A DNA stretch of 62,970 nucleotides, the filler included. It is 4 parts of 4 records of this genome, joined end to end, with 100 filler letters (N's around TTAATTAATTAA, not from the genome) between each part and the next. Parts side by side here need not be neighbours in the genome. Positions count along the whole stretch, not along the records: positions 18,105 to 35,351 come from DRR723986_1317; 3 more parts are not named here. One strand, given 5' to 3'. Position 1 is the stretch's first letter, and each line of letters starts with the position of its first letter. The translations under genes were made by a program, and so were the position numbers. Below, piece after piece: positions 22,785-32,767 of this stretch. The notes below the pieces were generated by a model. That model saw only the letters and a list, made by a program, of their open reading frames with translations. It was not told where the DNA came from and searched no databases.

Positions 22785-22803
22785 CCAAAAGGGGGCCAAA
22801 GGG

Positions 22804-23826
22804 ATGATTTCGCTGCCATTGCCGGTGCTTGCGGCTGTGCTGTGTCTGGTGATTGCGCCGCTGATGCTGCGCCTTGATCTGGGGCGGCGCAGCGCGGCGG
22901 TGTATTTTGCCCTGCTGTTCGCCGGATTTGCCTTGCAGTCGTTGCTGGTCGGCCTGCGCTTTGGCTACGGCATCGAGGATTTCATCACGTTTCAGCGGGT
23001 TTTGCCGCTGTCGGTCGGTCCATTGTTGTATCTGGGGTTTCTGTCACTGGCCCTGCCCGCCGCAGACCTGCGCCGCCACGCTGCATGGCATTTGGGTGTG
23101 GCGCTGGTTCTTGCTCTGGTGCTGAGCCTCTTTGCCAACATCTACCGCGATTTTGATCTGGTGATCAGTGCCAGCTATTTGATCTATATTGCCCTGCTGA
23201 TCCGTCTGTCCCGCAAAGGACCGGACCACCTGATTTTTGCCCGCCTCGACATCGCCCGCCCGGCGCAGCGTTGGATGTTGCTGGGGGCGGGGTTGCTTTT
23301 GATCCTGCTGGTGCTGGACACCGCGATTGCGCTGAACTTTGTCTTTGCACGCGGGAACCATGCCACCGCGATGGTTTCGCTCGGCTCGCTCATGCTGATT
23401 GGATTGCTGCTGTTGATCCTGACCCGCATGCCCAGTGTTCTGGCCCCGGAACAAATGCCACCGCCTCCGGCCCCACAAAGCCCTGCAAGTGATGAGGCAG
23501 ACCTTGAACAACTGGCGCGCGAGATGCTGATCAAAAGCCAGATCTACCTTGATCCAGATCTGTCCGTGCAACGCATTGCCCGCCGGTTGTCGGTGCCCGA
23601 GCGCAATTTGTCAGCGGCGATCAACCAAAGTCAGGGGATGAATATGTCCCAATATGTAAACGGTTTCCGGTTGGACCACGCCGCCCGCCTGCTCCGCGAG
23701 ACCAATGACAGCGTGACGCAGGTCATGTCCCAAAGCGGCTTTCTGACCCGGTCGAACTTCTATCGAGAGTTTCAGCGGGTGTACCGGCAAACCCCCGCGC
23801 AATATCGCGAGGGGGCGGGCGCATAG
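22804..23826 (+). CDS. Membrane-embedded AraC-family regulator
   Basis: About 6-7 hydrophobic helices followed by YLDPDLS...LSAAIN...YVNGFRL...GFLTRSNFYREF. Confidence 0.88.
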   Translation: MISLPLPVLAAVLCLVIAPLMLRLDLGRRSAAVYFALLFAGFALQSLLVGLRFGYGIEDFITFQRVLPLSVGPLLYLGFLSLALPAADLRRHAAWHLGVALVLALVLSLFANIYRDFDLVISASYLIYIALLIRLSRKGPDHLIFARLDIARPAQRWMLLGAGLLLILLVLDTAIALNFVFARGNHATAMVSLGSLMLIGLLLLILTRMPSVLAPEQMPPPPAPQSPASDEADLEQLAREMLIKSQIYLDPDLSVQRIARRLSVPERNLSAAINQSQGMNMSQYVNGFRLDHAARLLRETNDSVTQVMSQSGFLTRSNFYREFQRVYRQTPAQYREGAGA

Positions 23827-24008
23827 CGATAACCCCTCGCTTCGGAGGTGGCGCTTGCCAGCGGGCCAAAGAAGATCCGCGGCAGAGACATCAGATCAGG
23901 ACAGGACAAACCCCTATTCTTTAGGTAAACCATCTTCCTGCGCCTCTACCGGTTTACTGAAAATGGTGCACCCTGATTTCTGGCCCGATGCCTTGTAGGC
24001 ACACAAAC

Positions 24009-25028
24009 CTAAGCGCCCTGATCGCGAACGGCATCGATATCTTGCTTGGCCGCCTTTTGTTGCTGGCGGATACGGCCGGGCGGAACAGTAAAAACGCGCT
24101 TGAATGCGCGGCTGAACGCTGGCTCTGATTGGTATCCAAGGCTGTCTGCAATACGGGCAACGGGTTGGGACGTTTCAAGAAGCTTTGTGCGGGCCAGATG
24201 CATGCGCCATGTGGTCAGGTATTGCATCGCCGATTGACCAACCAAACGGGTGAACTTCGCCGAAAAGGCCGAACGCGACATCCCCGATATTTGGGCCAGG
24301 GTTTCAACACTCCAGTCCTGCGCAGGTCTGCGGTGTATCGCCATGATCGCCCGGCCAATCTGGTCGTCCCGAACACCCTCAAGCCAACCCACCCGCGCCT
24401 CAGGCGCAGTGTTGATCCAATTTCTGATCGCCTCGATGACGACAATATCGGCCAACCGTGTGATCACTGTCTCTCCTCCGGGGCGCAGCTCACGGGCCTC
24501 TCTTGAGATAAATTGCAGCGTGCTTTGCAACCAATCACTTGAATGTCCGCTCCAGGTGTCGATCTTCAGAACGTTCGGAAGGAGATCCACCAGCCGTTGC
24601 CCTGCGGCATGATCGAACCGGACAATTCCGTACATCACACGGGTAATGTCACCCCCGCCGCCATATCGGAGCGTTTCATAGGCTTCCGTGACTTTGCGCA
24701 CCGGAAGCGTAGAGAGATCAACCGACGCTGTGCCAGGTTCGCTCAGCATTCGATGTTTCAAGCCGCAGGTGAGCAAGACCAGATCACCCTTCTCCACCAA
24801 CATTGGCGCCTCGCCATCCATTTCAAGCCAACAGCGCCCCTCGGTCACAACGACAAACGCCATCACCCCTTTGAATTCTGGGATATCAAACCCCCATGGG
24901 GCCGACAATTCAGACTGGCAATAAAACGTGCCGGTCAATTTGAGCAGATGAAGGATTTCGCCAAGCGGATCACCGATTGGCTTGGCAACGGAAGACGGGT
25001 CAGGATTATGAGGCATGTCTGAGTTCAT
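24009..25028 (-). CDS. AraC-family regulator with N-terminal cupin (RclR-like)
   Basis: APWG, EGRCWL, WSVETLA..SGMSRSAFSAKF and GYQSEPAFSRAFKR. Start at 25028 or 25016. Confidence 0.88.
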   Translation of the reverse strand: MNSDMPHNPDPSSVAKPIGDPLGEILHLLKLTGTFYCQSELSAPWGFDIPEFKGVMAFVVVTEGRCWLEMDGEAPMLVEKGDLVLLTCGLKHRMLSEPGTASVDLSTLPVRKVTEAYETLRYGGGGDITRVMYGIVRFDHAAGQRLVDLLPNVLKIDTWSGHSSDWLQSTLQFISREARELRPGGETVITRLADIVVIEAIRNWINTAPEARVGWLEGVRDDQIGRAIMAIHRRPAQDWSVETLAQISGMSRSAFSAKFTRLVGQSAMQYLTTWRMHLARTKLLETSQPVARIADSLGYQSEPAFSRAFKRVFTVPPGRIRQQQKAAKQDIDAVRDQGA

Positions 25029-25169
25029 TACCTGTAATTGATAAACGTCAGCTTGCCTAAATGTCCAGTAATGTTGGATGAACGGATAAGAATTGAGGAC
25101 AAACCAGCATTGTTTGGATTTCGACACAGCGTATTTGTTACTCATCAAATGCAATCGGAGAAACAAAAG

Positions 25170-25559
25170 ATGAAAACGCGGACTTTGACAAAAATTGCAC
25201 TGGCCGTTTCGGGTGTGATCGCAACAGGTGTTGGTGTTGGTGTGCTGTTCGCGCCCCATGCCTTCCACGCGGCAGCCGGGATAATGCTAGGCAAGGACGT
25301 GAACCTGCTCAATGAGATGCGGTCGTCCGGTGGCATGGTTTTGGGGTCAGGGCTGTTCATCCTGCTCGGTGCGATCCGGGCAAAGGTGGCATTCTTGGCG
25401 CTGGTCGTTTCGAGTGTCCTATACCTGTCCTACGGCCTGTCGCGATTGGTGAGTTTGGCCGCTGATGGCATTCCCAATGGCTCCATGCTGCAGATTTTGG
25501 TGCTTGAGCTCGTTATCGGGGGGATTTGTGCCATCCTGCTTCGGCGGGAAAGGGCATAG
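25170..25559 (+). CDS. Small 4-TM membrane protein (DUF4345-like)
   Basis: NEMRSSGG and GLSRLVSLAADGIP, with a GGAG RBS. Divergent from the AraC gene. Confidence 0.7.
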   Translation: MKTRTLTKIALAVSGVIATGVGVGVLFAPHAFHAAAGIMLGKDVNLLNEMRSSGGMVLGSGLFILLGAIRAKVAFLALVVSSVLYLSYGLSRLVSLAADGIPNGSMLQILVLELVIGGICAILLRRERA

Positions 25560-25606
25560 TATTTCCGGCGCACAAGACCCCTACCAGTTGCTCTTGCCGG
25601 AAGACC

Positions 25607-25637
25607 AAAAAAGGGCGCGTCCCAATGGAACGCGCCC
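25607..25637 (-). terminator. Rho-independent terminator of the 5'-nucleotidase gene
   Basis: Minus strand reads GGGCGCGTTCC-ATT-GGGACGCGCCC-TTTTTT. Confidence 0.8.
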
Positions 25638-25664
25638 CTCTTTACACAAACGTAACGTCTGCGG

Positions 25665-27224
25665 TTATTTCACAGTGATCCGGCCATCCGTGTAGGGCTT
25701 GTAAGGCGCATTGGCGGCCAGATATTCCGCCGTCACATCCGCCAGATCCGGCCCGAAGTCATAGGCGTTGTCAGCGTCTTTGAACATCTTGTAGCCGTCA
25801 CCGCCGTTGCGGACATAGTTGTTGGACACCACGCCATAGACCTTGCCCATGTCAATCGGCGCACCGCCAACCATCACGTCGCTGATGCGGCTGCCCGCCG
25901 GCTGGCTTGCGTCAAAGGCATAGGTCATCCCGGCGACCTGCGGGAAACGGCCTGCGCCTTCTTCGATCTGGCTCACACCGTTTTCCAGAGCCTCAACCAA
26001 AGTGGCACCGGAGACCTGGAAGGTGGACAAGGTGTTCTGGAACGGCAGCACGGTCAGCACCTCGCCCATCGTCACTTCGCCCGCTTCGATGGAGGCGCGA
26101 ATGCCGCCGCCGTTCTGGATTGCCACTTCGATGCCCTGATCCTTGACCCGCGCCAGCATCGCATCGGTAATCAGGTTGCCCATGGTGCATTCCATCGCAC
26201 GGCAGACCGCACGATCGCCGCCAATGGCCTCGTTGGTTTGCGCCACAACCTTGTTGCGCAGCGCTTCGAGAGGTTTGGCCAGTTCAGCCATCCGCGCGAC
26301 AGCCGCCGGATCTTCCGCGACACTCGCATCCAGCAGGACAGGATCACCGGAAATCGCGGTCACCTCCCCGGCGTCATCAAAGGTGATGTCAAGCACGCCA
26401 AGGTATTTGCCATAGGCATAGGCCTGAACAATCGGAACGCCGTTCACCTCGGTCGGATAGCTGCCCGCCGCCCGGTCAGAGGAATTGCTCAGCAACGTAT
26501 GCGAATGGCCGCCAATGATCAGATCCACACCGCTGAGCGTTTCGGCCAGCGCCTTATCCGCCGTCAACCCGACGTGGGTCAGCAGAATGATCTTGTTCAC
26601 ACCCTCACCGCTCAGCCGGTCAATTTCTGCCTGCGCCGCATCCGCCGCTGGCGAGAACACCACCGAAGGGCCGGGCGAGGAGGTTTCAACCGTATCCTCG
26701 GCCAGAACCGATACAATCCCGATATTTTGACCACCGACATCCAGAACGACCGATTTTCCGACCCGTCCGGCCAGCAGATTGTTCCCGCTGACATCAATAT
26801 TTGCCGAAAGGACCGGGAAACTCACATCATCCAGAAACGCGGCAAGCCCTTCGGGGCCATCGTCAAACTCGTGATTGCCGACCGCCATCGCGTCATATTT
26901 GAGCTGCGACATGAACTCGGCCGCGAGCGCGCCGCCATATTGCGTGTAATACAAAGACCCCTGGAACCAATCGCCCGCATCCAGCAGCAACTGGTTTTCG
27001 CCCCCGACAGCGCGGGCATCTGCAATGGCAGTGATCATGCGTCCGATACCGCCAAAGCATTTGCCCTCGCCGTTGTCTTCGGCGGAACACGGCCCGTCAT
27101 ATTTGCTGATCGGGTCAAAGCGGTCGTGAAAATCATTGGTGTGCAAAATCGTCAATTTGTAATCGGCTGCGGCCATGGTGCCGGTCAGTGCCAGCGCCGC
27201 TGTGGCAGTCAGGAATCGTTTCAT
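25665..27224 (-). CDS. ushA: Periplasmic 5'-nucleotidase/UDP-sugar hydrolase
   Basis: Signal peptide, LHTNDFH, LDAGD, GNHEFD, GGHSHT and NGGGIR. Confidence 0.9.
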   Translation of the reverse strand: MKRFLTATAALALTGTMAAADYKLTILHTNDFHDRFDPISKYDGPCSAEDNGEGKCFGGIGRMITAIADARAVGGENQLLLDAGDWFQGSLYYTQYGGALAAEFMSQLKYDAMAVGNHEFDDGPEGLAAFLDDVSFPVLSANIDVSGNNLLAGRVGKSVVLDVGGQNIGIVSVLAEDTVETSSPGPSVVFSPAADAAQAEIDRLSGEGVNKIILLTHVGLTADKALAETLSGVDLIIGGHSHTLLSNSSDRAAGSYPTEVNGVPIVQAYAYGKYLGVLDITFDDAGEVTAISGDPVLLDASVAEDPAAVARMAELAKPLEALRNKVVAQTNEAIGGDRAVCRAMECTMGNLITDAMLARVKDQGIEVAIQNGGGIRASIEAGEVTMGEVLTVLPFQNTLSTFQVSGATLVEALENGVSQIEEGAGRFPQVAGMTYAFDASQPAGSRISDVMVGGAPIDMGKVYGVVSNNYVRNGGDGYKMFKDADNAYDFGPDLADVTAEYLAANAPYKPYTDGRITVK

Positions 27225-27382
27225 CGGTTTTCCCCTATTGGTTTTGTTATGGGTGCATGGTGGCGCGAGGGCGGTGCGCTGTCAAAGATGTTATGCACGT
27301 CAAGCGGGATACCCCTGCGTCAAAGCCGCAGGATCGCCGCGATTCACTTGACCCCATGCGCCCCCCAAGGCATCAGGATGTC

Positions 27383-27733
27383 ATGCTGATTTTCAAGATA
27401 TTCCGGTCCGATGAATGGGCCGCGCTGCGCCGCGATGGAGAGACCACAGGCGCACCCATTGATGTGGCGGACGGTTATATCCATTTCTCGACCGCAACGC
27501 AGGCCGCCGAAACTGCGGCCAAGCATTTTGCAGGGGCCGAAGATTTACATCTGATCGCTGTGGATGTCGAAGCGGCGGGCGATGCCTTGCAATGGGAGGT
27601 GTCGCGCGGTGATGCGCTGTTCCCGCATTTGTACCGTAAGATGACCATGGATGACGTGGTTTGGGCGCAACCCCTGCCGCTGGTGGATGGCACGCATCAG
27701 TTTCCTGCAGGGCTGGAAGAGGCGAGCGAATGA
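27383..27733 (+). CDS. DUF952-family protein
   Basis: IFKI...W, DGYIHFST and LFPHLY. Confidence 0.85.
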   Translation: MLIFKIFRSDEWAALRRDGETTGAPIDVADGYIHFSTATQAAETAAKHFAGAEDLHLIAVDVEAAGDALQWEVSRGDALFPHLYRKMTMDDVVWAQPLPLVDGTHQFPAGLEEASE

Positions 27734-28161
27734 CCGGCTATGTCGATCCTGATCGCGCCCAGTTTGAGGCGTTCAAAGGGCTGGACCGTGAAACACCCAT
27801 CGAGATGGTCAATCTGGTCGCCCTGAATGATCTGGCCAACTATCCCGGCGATCATGAACTGGCCCGCGATGGCCTGACCGGGGCGCAAGCCTATGGTAAC
27901 TATGGCAAGCAAAGCGCGCCGGTGCTGGCCAAGGTGGGCGGCAGTATCCTGTGGCGCGGCAAGTTCGAGACCACGTTGATCGGGCCGTCCGATGAGGCAT
28001 GGGATCTGATGTTCATCGCCCGCTATCCGAACGCCCATGCCTTTCTCGCCATGATCTCTGATCCTGACTATCAAAAGGCAGTGGTCCACAGGCAGGCGGC
28101 TGTAAAAACCTCGCGGTTGATCCGCGCCGGCGCCTTGCCGGTCACGGATGAATTTGCATGA
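27730..28161 (+). CDS. DUF1330-like protein
   Basis: PIEMVNL, GAQAY..Y, GG.ILW.G and WD..FIARYP. ATGA overlaps on both sides. Confidence 0.75.
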   Translation: MTGYVDPDRAQFEAFKGLDRETPIEMVNLVALNDLANYPGDHELARDGLTGAQAYGNYGKQSAPVLAKVGGSILWRGKFETTLIGPSDEAWDLMFIARYPNAHAFLAMISDPDYQKAVVHRQAAVKTSRLIRAGALPVTDEFA

Positions 28162-29201
28162 CCGCGCTGCTGGAACGGCTTGGCCTTGCTGGCCTGCACA
28201 AGATCGACCCAGAGGCCGCACATGGGCTGGCAATCCGCGCTTTGCAGATGGGGCTGACCCCAACGCCCGGTCCGGTTACATCACCACGATTGAAGACCAG
28301 GCTTGCCGGTTTGGATCTGCCCAATCCGGTTGGATTGGCCGCCGGATTTGACAAAAATGCCACCGCAATTGCGCCGCTGTCCCGCGCCGGTTTTGGATTT
28401 ATCGAAGTGGGCGCCGCAACGCCTTTGGCGCAGCCCGGCAACCCCAAACCGCGCCTGTTTCGCCTGACCGAAGACCGCGCCGCGATCAACCGCTTTGGCT
28501 TTAACAATGAAGGCATGGAGGCGATCACCGCCCGTCTGGCGCGGCGCGGCGCGGGCGTTCCGGTGGGGCTGAACCTTGGCGCGAACAAAACCAGCACCGA
28601 CCGCGCTGCCGATTTTGCCAAGGTCATGACCGCCGCACGGGATCATGTGGATTTTGCCACGGTCAATGTATCCTCCCCCAATACCGAAAAGCTGCGCGAT
28701 TTGCAGGGCAAGGCGGCTCTGGCGGCCTTGCTTGACGGGGTAATGGACGTGCGCGGGGCGACGCCGGTGTTCTTGAAAATCGCGCCGGATCTGACTCCGG
28801 CCGAGATTGAGGATGTGGCTGATGTGGCCAACTCCGCCGGTGTTGCCGCGATTATCGCAACCAACACCACATTGGGCCGGGGCGGACTAAAAAGTTCGCA
28901 CAAGGGCGAAGCGGGCGGTTTGTCCGGCGCACCACTGTTTGACAAGTCCACTCGCGTTCTGGCGCGGCTTTCTACAATGACGGACATTCCACTTGTGGGC
29001 GTGGGCGGCATCGCCAGCGCGGAGCACGCCTATGCCAAAATCCGCGCAGGCGCCTCTGCGGTCCAACTTTACACCGCGCTGGTTTACGGCGGGCTTTCGA
29101 TGGTGTCCGATATCGCAACGGGCCTTGATGGCCTGTTGGCCCGCGACGGGTTTGCCACTGTGGCCGATGCGGTCGGCACGAAAAAGGAAGACTGGCTATG
29201 A
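28158..29201 (+). CDS. pyrD: Quinone-dependent dihydroorotate dehydrogenase
   Basis: [39 protein letters not shown] and GGLSG. Confidence 0.96.
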   Translation: MTALLERLGLAGLHKIDPEAAHGLAIRALQMGLTPTPGPVTSPRLKTRLAGLDLPNPVGLAAGFDKNATAIAPLSRAGFGFIEVGAATPLAQPGNPKPRLFRLTEDRAAINRFGFNNEGMEAITARLARRGAGVPVGLNLGANKTSTDRAADFAKVMTAARDHVDFATVNVSSPNTEKLRDLQGKAALAALLDGVMDVRGATPVFLKIAPDLTPAEIEDVADVANSAGVAAIIATNTTLGRGGLKSSHKGEAGGLSGAPLFDKSTRVLARLSTMTDIPLVGVGGIASAEHAYAKIRAGASAVQLYTALVYGGLSMVSDIATGLDGLLARDGFATVADAVGTKKEDWL

Positions 29202-29542
29202 TCACCATTTGGCACAATCCGCGCTGCTCAAAATCGCGGCAGACTTTGGCCCTGATCGAAGAGACAGGTGCCGCGGTCACGGTGCGCAGATACCTCGACG
29301 ATGCCCCGACAGAGGCAGAAATCAAAGCCGTCCAAGCGGCGCTAGGCACGCCGCCGCTGATCGAGATGATGCGCAGTGGGGACAAGGCGTTCAAGGATCT
29401 GGGCCTTGGAAGGGACAGCTCCGATTCCGAACTGCTCAGCGCCATGGCAGCGCAGCCTGCGTTGATCGAACGTCCAATTGTGATCAAGGGGGATCAGGCG
29501 GTCATTGGCCGACCACCAAAGAACGTCAAAACGCTGCTCTAA
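29198..29542 (+). CDS. arsC: ArsC-family (glutaredoxin-dependent arsenate reductase/YfgD-like) protein
   Basis: [15 protein letters not shown] and IGRP. Confidence 0.8.
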   Translation: MITIWHNPRCSKSRQTLALIEETGAAVTVRRYLDDAPTEAEIKAVQAALGTPPLIEMMRSGDKAFKDLGLGRDSSDSELLSAMAAQPALIERPIVIKGDQAVIGRPPKNVKTLL

Positions 29543-29544
29543 AA

Positions 29545-29664
29545 TCGGAGTTTTCAAAAACTCCGAACCGATTTCTTCGAAGAAATCGAACTGGGCGCGC
29601 GACGCCCGATTCGCAGCACACCGGAAATTTCAAAATTTCCGGTCCGTTTTCTTGAAAGAAAACG
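29545..29664. repeat. Array of five palindromic hairpins (two related A+B units) between convergent genes
   Basis: TCGGAGTTTT-ca-AAAACTCCGA; CGATTTCTTCGAAGAAATCG; GGGCG-cgcga-CGCCC; ACCGGAAATTT-ca-AAATTTCCGGT; CGTTTTCTT-ga-AAGAAAACG. Confidence 0.85.
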
Positions 29665-29665
29665 A

Positions 29666-31018
29666 CTAAACCGCCGCTTCCAGTTTCGGGTACCGCCAGG
29701 CCAAGGTTGCGGTACGCGCCACGAAAGAGATCAAGATCGACACCCATAGCCCGTGATTGCCCAACCACGGCACCAGGATCAACGCCGCCGCGGCATAGAT
29801 CACAAAAGACACCAGCATCATGTCACGCATATCACGCGACCGGGTCGCCCCGATAAAGATCCCGTCGAGCATAAACGCCCCGCAGCCCAGCACCGGCATC
29901 AAGACCACATAGGGCAGAAATTCCCGCGCGGCGATGCGCACCTCTGGCGCCGTGGTCATCAGATCAATCAACCACGGACCCGCGATCCAAAAGCCGACCA
30001 TCAACAATGAACATATGAAAAACGCCCACCCCGAGGTCAGCAATGCACCGCGCCGCAACACACCGCGCCGCCCTGCGCCAAAGGCCTGGCCCACAATCGC
30101 TTCGGCGGAAAATGCAAATCCATCAAGGGCATAGGAAGTGATCATCAGGAACTGCATGAGCACCTGATTGGCCGCCAATGTGACATCCCCAAACCCCGCC
30201 CCGACAAACAGAAACGCCACGAACATCGCCTGAAGCAGCAGCGACCGCAGCAGGATATCCACGTTTAGCTGCATCATCCTGACCCATCTGGCGCGGGCAA
30301 AGATCTGAGCCCGGTTGCGCCATGCGCCGCTTTGAAACACTTCGCGGCAGAACCACAGACCCAGCGCGGCACCGCTCCATTCGGCGATAAAGGTGGCGAA
30401 GGCCACGCCGCTCACGCCCCAGCCGAGACCCAGCACAAACCACAGATCCAGCAGTATATTCAGCCCGTTCATCCACAGTTGCAGAACCAGCACCGCACGG
30501 GTGCGTTCCTGCGCAATCAGCCATCCGGTGATCGCATAAAGCGAGATCGCCGCCGGGGCAGACCAGATTCGCACCGCCATATATTTATGTGCAAGCGTTT
30601 CGACCTCCGCCGATCCCGGCGCAACCTGAAACGCGCCCCAGAACAGCGGCAGCTGCAGGGCCACCAAAACCGCGCCGGCCCCCGCGCCGATCATCAAGCC
30701 ACGACTGAGCAGCGCGGCCACCTCGGTCCGATCGCCCTGCCCTGCGGCCTGCGCTGTCAGGCCAACCGTGCCCATGCGCAAAAAACCAAAGATCCAGTAA
30801 AGCGCCGACAGGATGATCGCGCCCAGCCCCACCGCGCCAATGGGCGCTGCCAGCCCCATCTGGCCCACAACGCCGGTGTCCACCGCCCCAAGGATCGGCA
30901 CCGTCGCATTCGATACAACAATCGGGATCGCAATATGCAGCACCCGGCGGTGCGTCACCGCCTCTTTCGGGCCAAGCTCCCTATCGCTCAGGTCGGCATC
31001 TTGCAACGGGTCCGACAT
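29666..31018 (-). CDS. MATE-family efflux transporter (DinF-like)
   Basis: PILGAVDTGVVG, FGFLRMGT, LAANQVL and LDGFAF. The start overlaps the upstream stop at 31018. Confidence 0.9.
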   Translation of the reverse strand: MSDPLQDADLSDRELGPKEAVTHRRVLHIAIPIVVSNATVPILGAVDTGVVGQMGLAAPIGAVGLGAIILSALYWIFGFLRMGTVGLTAQAAGQGDRTEVAALLSRGLMIGAGAGAVLVALQLPLFWGAFQVAPGSAEVETLAHKYMAVRIWSAPAAISLYAITGWLIAQERTRAVLVLQLWMNGLNILLDLWFVLGLGWGVSGVAFATFIAEWSGAALGLWFCREVFQSGAWRNRAQIFARARWVRMMQLNVDILLRSLLLQAMFVAFLFVGAGFGDVTLAANQVLMQFLMITSYALDGFAFSAEAIVGQAFGAGRRGVLRRGALLTSGWAFFICSLLMVGFWIAGPWLIDLMTTAPEVRIAAREFLPYVVLMPVLGCGAFMLDGIFIGATRSRDMRDMMLVSFVIYAAAALILVPWLGNHGLWVSILISFVARTATLAWRYPKLEAAV

Positions 31019-31530
31019 TACCCCTGCCGTGTGGGCAGAACAAAGTGGCCCGTGGCCTGCGCAAAGAGCTTGCTGCGGTTGTCTTGCCAAGCCTCGACAT
31101 GCACCGAGGCATAGCGCCGGCCAGACCGGTTGATCCGGGCCCGCGCATAGGCATCACGTGGCAGCCCGGTGCGCAGATAATCCACGGTGAAATCGACCGT
31201 TTTGGGCAGGCGCGGCAGGTGGGAATGATCCAGATTGTTCACATCCAGCGCGCCGCTTTCCATATCTTCCCAAATCAACCCCCAGCTGAGGGTGATGATC
31301 GCGGTCACCTCCAAAAAGGCCGCCGTGGCCCCGCCGTGCAAGGCAGGCAGGATAGGATTGCCGATCAGGGATTGGTCAAACGGCATCACCGCCGTCAGCT
31401 CATCCCCCCGGCGTTCAAATTCGATGCCCAAAAACTGGATATAGGGCACCCCTTCAACCATGGTGCGCAACACGGCATCACGTCGCTTTTTGACAACTTG
31501 GACAGGCTCTGGCGGGCGGCGCTTGTTCAT
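31018..31530 (-). CDS. PaaI/hotdog-fold thioesterase
   Basis: LIGNPILPALHGG and TVDFTVDYLR. Confidence 0.85.
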   Translation of the reverse strand: MNKRRPPEPVQVVKKRRDAVLRTMVEGVPYIQFLGIEFERRGDELTAVMPFDQSLIGNPILPALHGGATAAFLEVTAIITLSWGLIWEDMESGALDVNNLDHSHLPRLPKTVDFTVDYLRTGLPRDAYARARINRSGRRYASVHVEAWQDNRSKLFAQATGHFVLPTRQG

Positions 31531-31949
31531 TTGTGGCCCTCCACAGTGAAGGTGCCGGTCGCGATGGCGACCGGGTTTTCGCTGTCATCATCTGACGCTG
31601 CGGCGCGGACAAAGGCGACAGATCGCGTGACATGATAGCACGTCGCGCGGGTGGTGATTTTCTGGCCCGGCGTCGCCGCCCGCAGATATTCGATCCGCAG
31701 GTCAAGCGTTGCGGTGCCGGCAGGATTGCTGGGGTGACTCATCACCGCCGCGCCACAGCTGGTGTCCATCAGGGCAGAGACTGCGCCACCATGCACCACC
31801 CCTGTTTTGGGATCGCCGATCAGTTTTTCCGAATAGGGCATCGAAATCACGGCCGTGCCGTTGTCCAGCTCATCCAGATGCATGCCCAGCGCCACCGAAT
31901 GCGGCAGGGCCTGAATAAACTGGCGTGCCATCTTGATCTTGTCTGACAT
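31527..31949 (-). CDS. PaaI/hotdog-fold thioesterase
   Basis: GDPKTGVVHGGAVSALMD and ATLDLRIEYLR. Start taken at MSDKIKM. Confidence 0.85.
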   Translation of the reverse strand: MSDKIKMARQFIQALPHSVALGMHLDELDNGTAVISMPYSEKLIGDPKTGVVHGGAVSALMDTSCGAAVMSHPSNPAGTATLDLRIEYLRAATPGQKITTRATCYHVTRSVAFVRAAASDDDSENPVAIATGTFTVEGHK

Positions 31950-32068
31950 GGAAGATTGGTCCTCGCCTGCGGTTTGGTTCTTTATCATCGCGCGGCCAAC
32001 AAAGGGCAAGCCCGCTGCTTGCGCTTGGCTTGGCATGATCATAGCTTGGGCAAGAGGAGAGACCGAAC

Positions 32069-32443
32069 ATGGCAGAAGACCGCCTGACATTCAAAGAAAT
32101 GTGCGCCAAATTTGACGTCACGCCGCGGACCCTGCGGTATTACGAGTACATCGAACTGCTGGAACCGGACCGCGAGGGCCGGGCACGATTTTATGGACCG
32201 CGCGAAAGTGCGCGGATGAAATTGATCATGCGGGGGCGCAAGTTCGGCTTTTCACTGGAAGACATCCGCCAATGGTTGCTCATCTACGAACACGAGGGCA
32301 ACGAGGCGCAGATGCGCGCCTGGGTCGAGATGGCAGATGGCCAACTGCTTGAGCTGGCAGATCAGCGCGTGCAGCTTGACGAGGCGATCGACGAGTTGCA
32401 GAAACTGCGCGACGAAACGGCAAAAACCATCGGGCTGGAGTGA
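32069..32443 (+). CDS. MerR-family regulator (LiuR-like paralog 1)
   Basis: FDVTPRTLRYYE and GRKFGFSLEDI, with an AGGAG RBS. Confidence 0.9.
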   Translation: MAEDRLTFKEMCAKFDVTPRTLRYYEYIELLEPDREGRARFYGPRESARMKLIMRGRKFGFSLEDIRQWLLIYEHEGNEAQMRAWVEMADGQLLELADQRVQLDEAIDELQKLRDETAKTIGLE

Positions 32444-32468
32444 ACAGCCGCGTGGCAAAAAGGTTGGG

Positions 32469-32687
32469 CTAGTTCACCTTGTTTGCACGTTTGGCCATTA
32501 GTCCATCAACGACACGCTGTAAATCTGCTGCAATGGCAATCAGGTCAGATATAGTTTCACCGCGTGCGGACCCGGCCAGATCATAAGTGGCCCGTTCAAT
32601 CAGCATCACAGCTTCTTGCAACTCTTCTGCAGGCCGCGGACGGGCGGTGCAAAGCGTGGTCTCGGTCATTTCTACCTCAAAAGCCAT
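32469..32687 (-). CDS. Small hypothetical helical protein downstream of luxR
   Basis: 66-72 aa ORF. A GAGGT RBS precedes the alternative start MTETT. No recognised motif. Confidence 0.5.
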   Translation of the reverse strand: MAFEVEMTETTLCTARPRPAEELQEAVMLIERATYDLAGSARGETISDLIAIAADLQRVVDGLMAKRANKVN

Positions 32688-32767
32688 TCTGGCCCACTTA
32701 TCATTGAAAAATGTAATTCTACGCTAGCTAGTTGCTGCCCTAGGGCCGGTCATGTCACGCAATTGCG

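Noticed and set aside
29545-29664. CRISPR array interpretation of the hairpin series
   Set aside because: The units are non-identical, there are no spacer-length unique sequences in regular register, and there are no cas genes.
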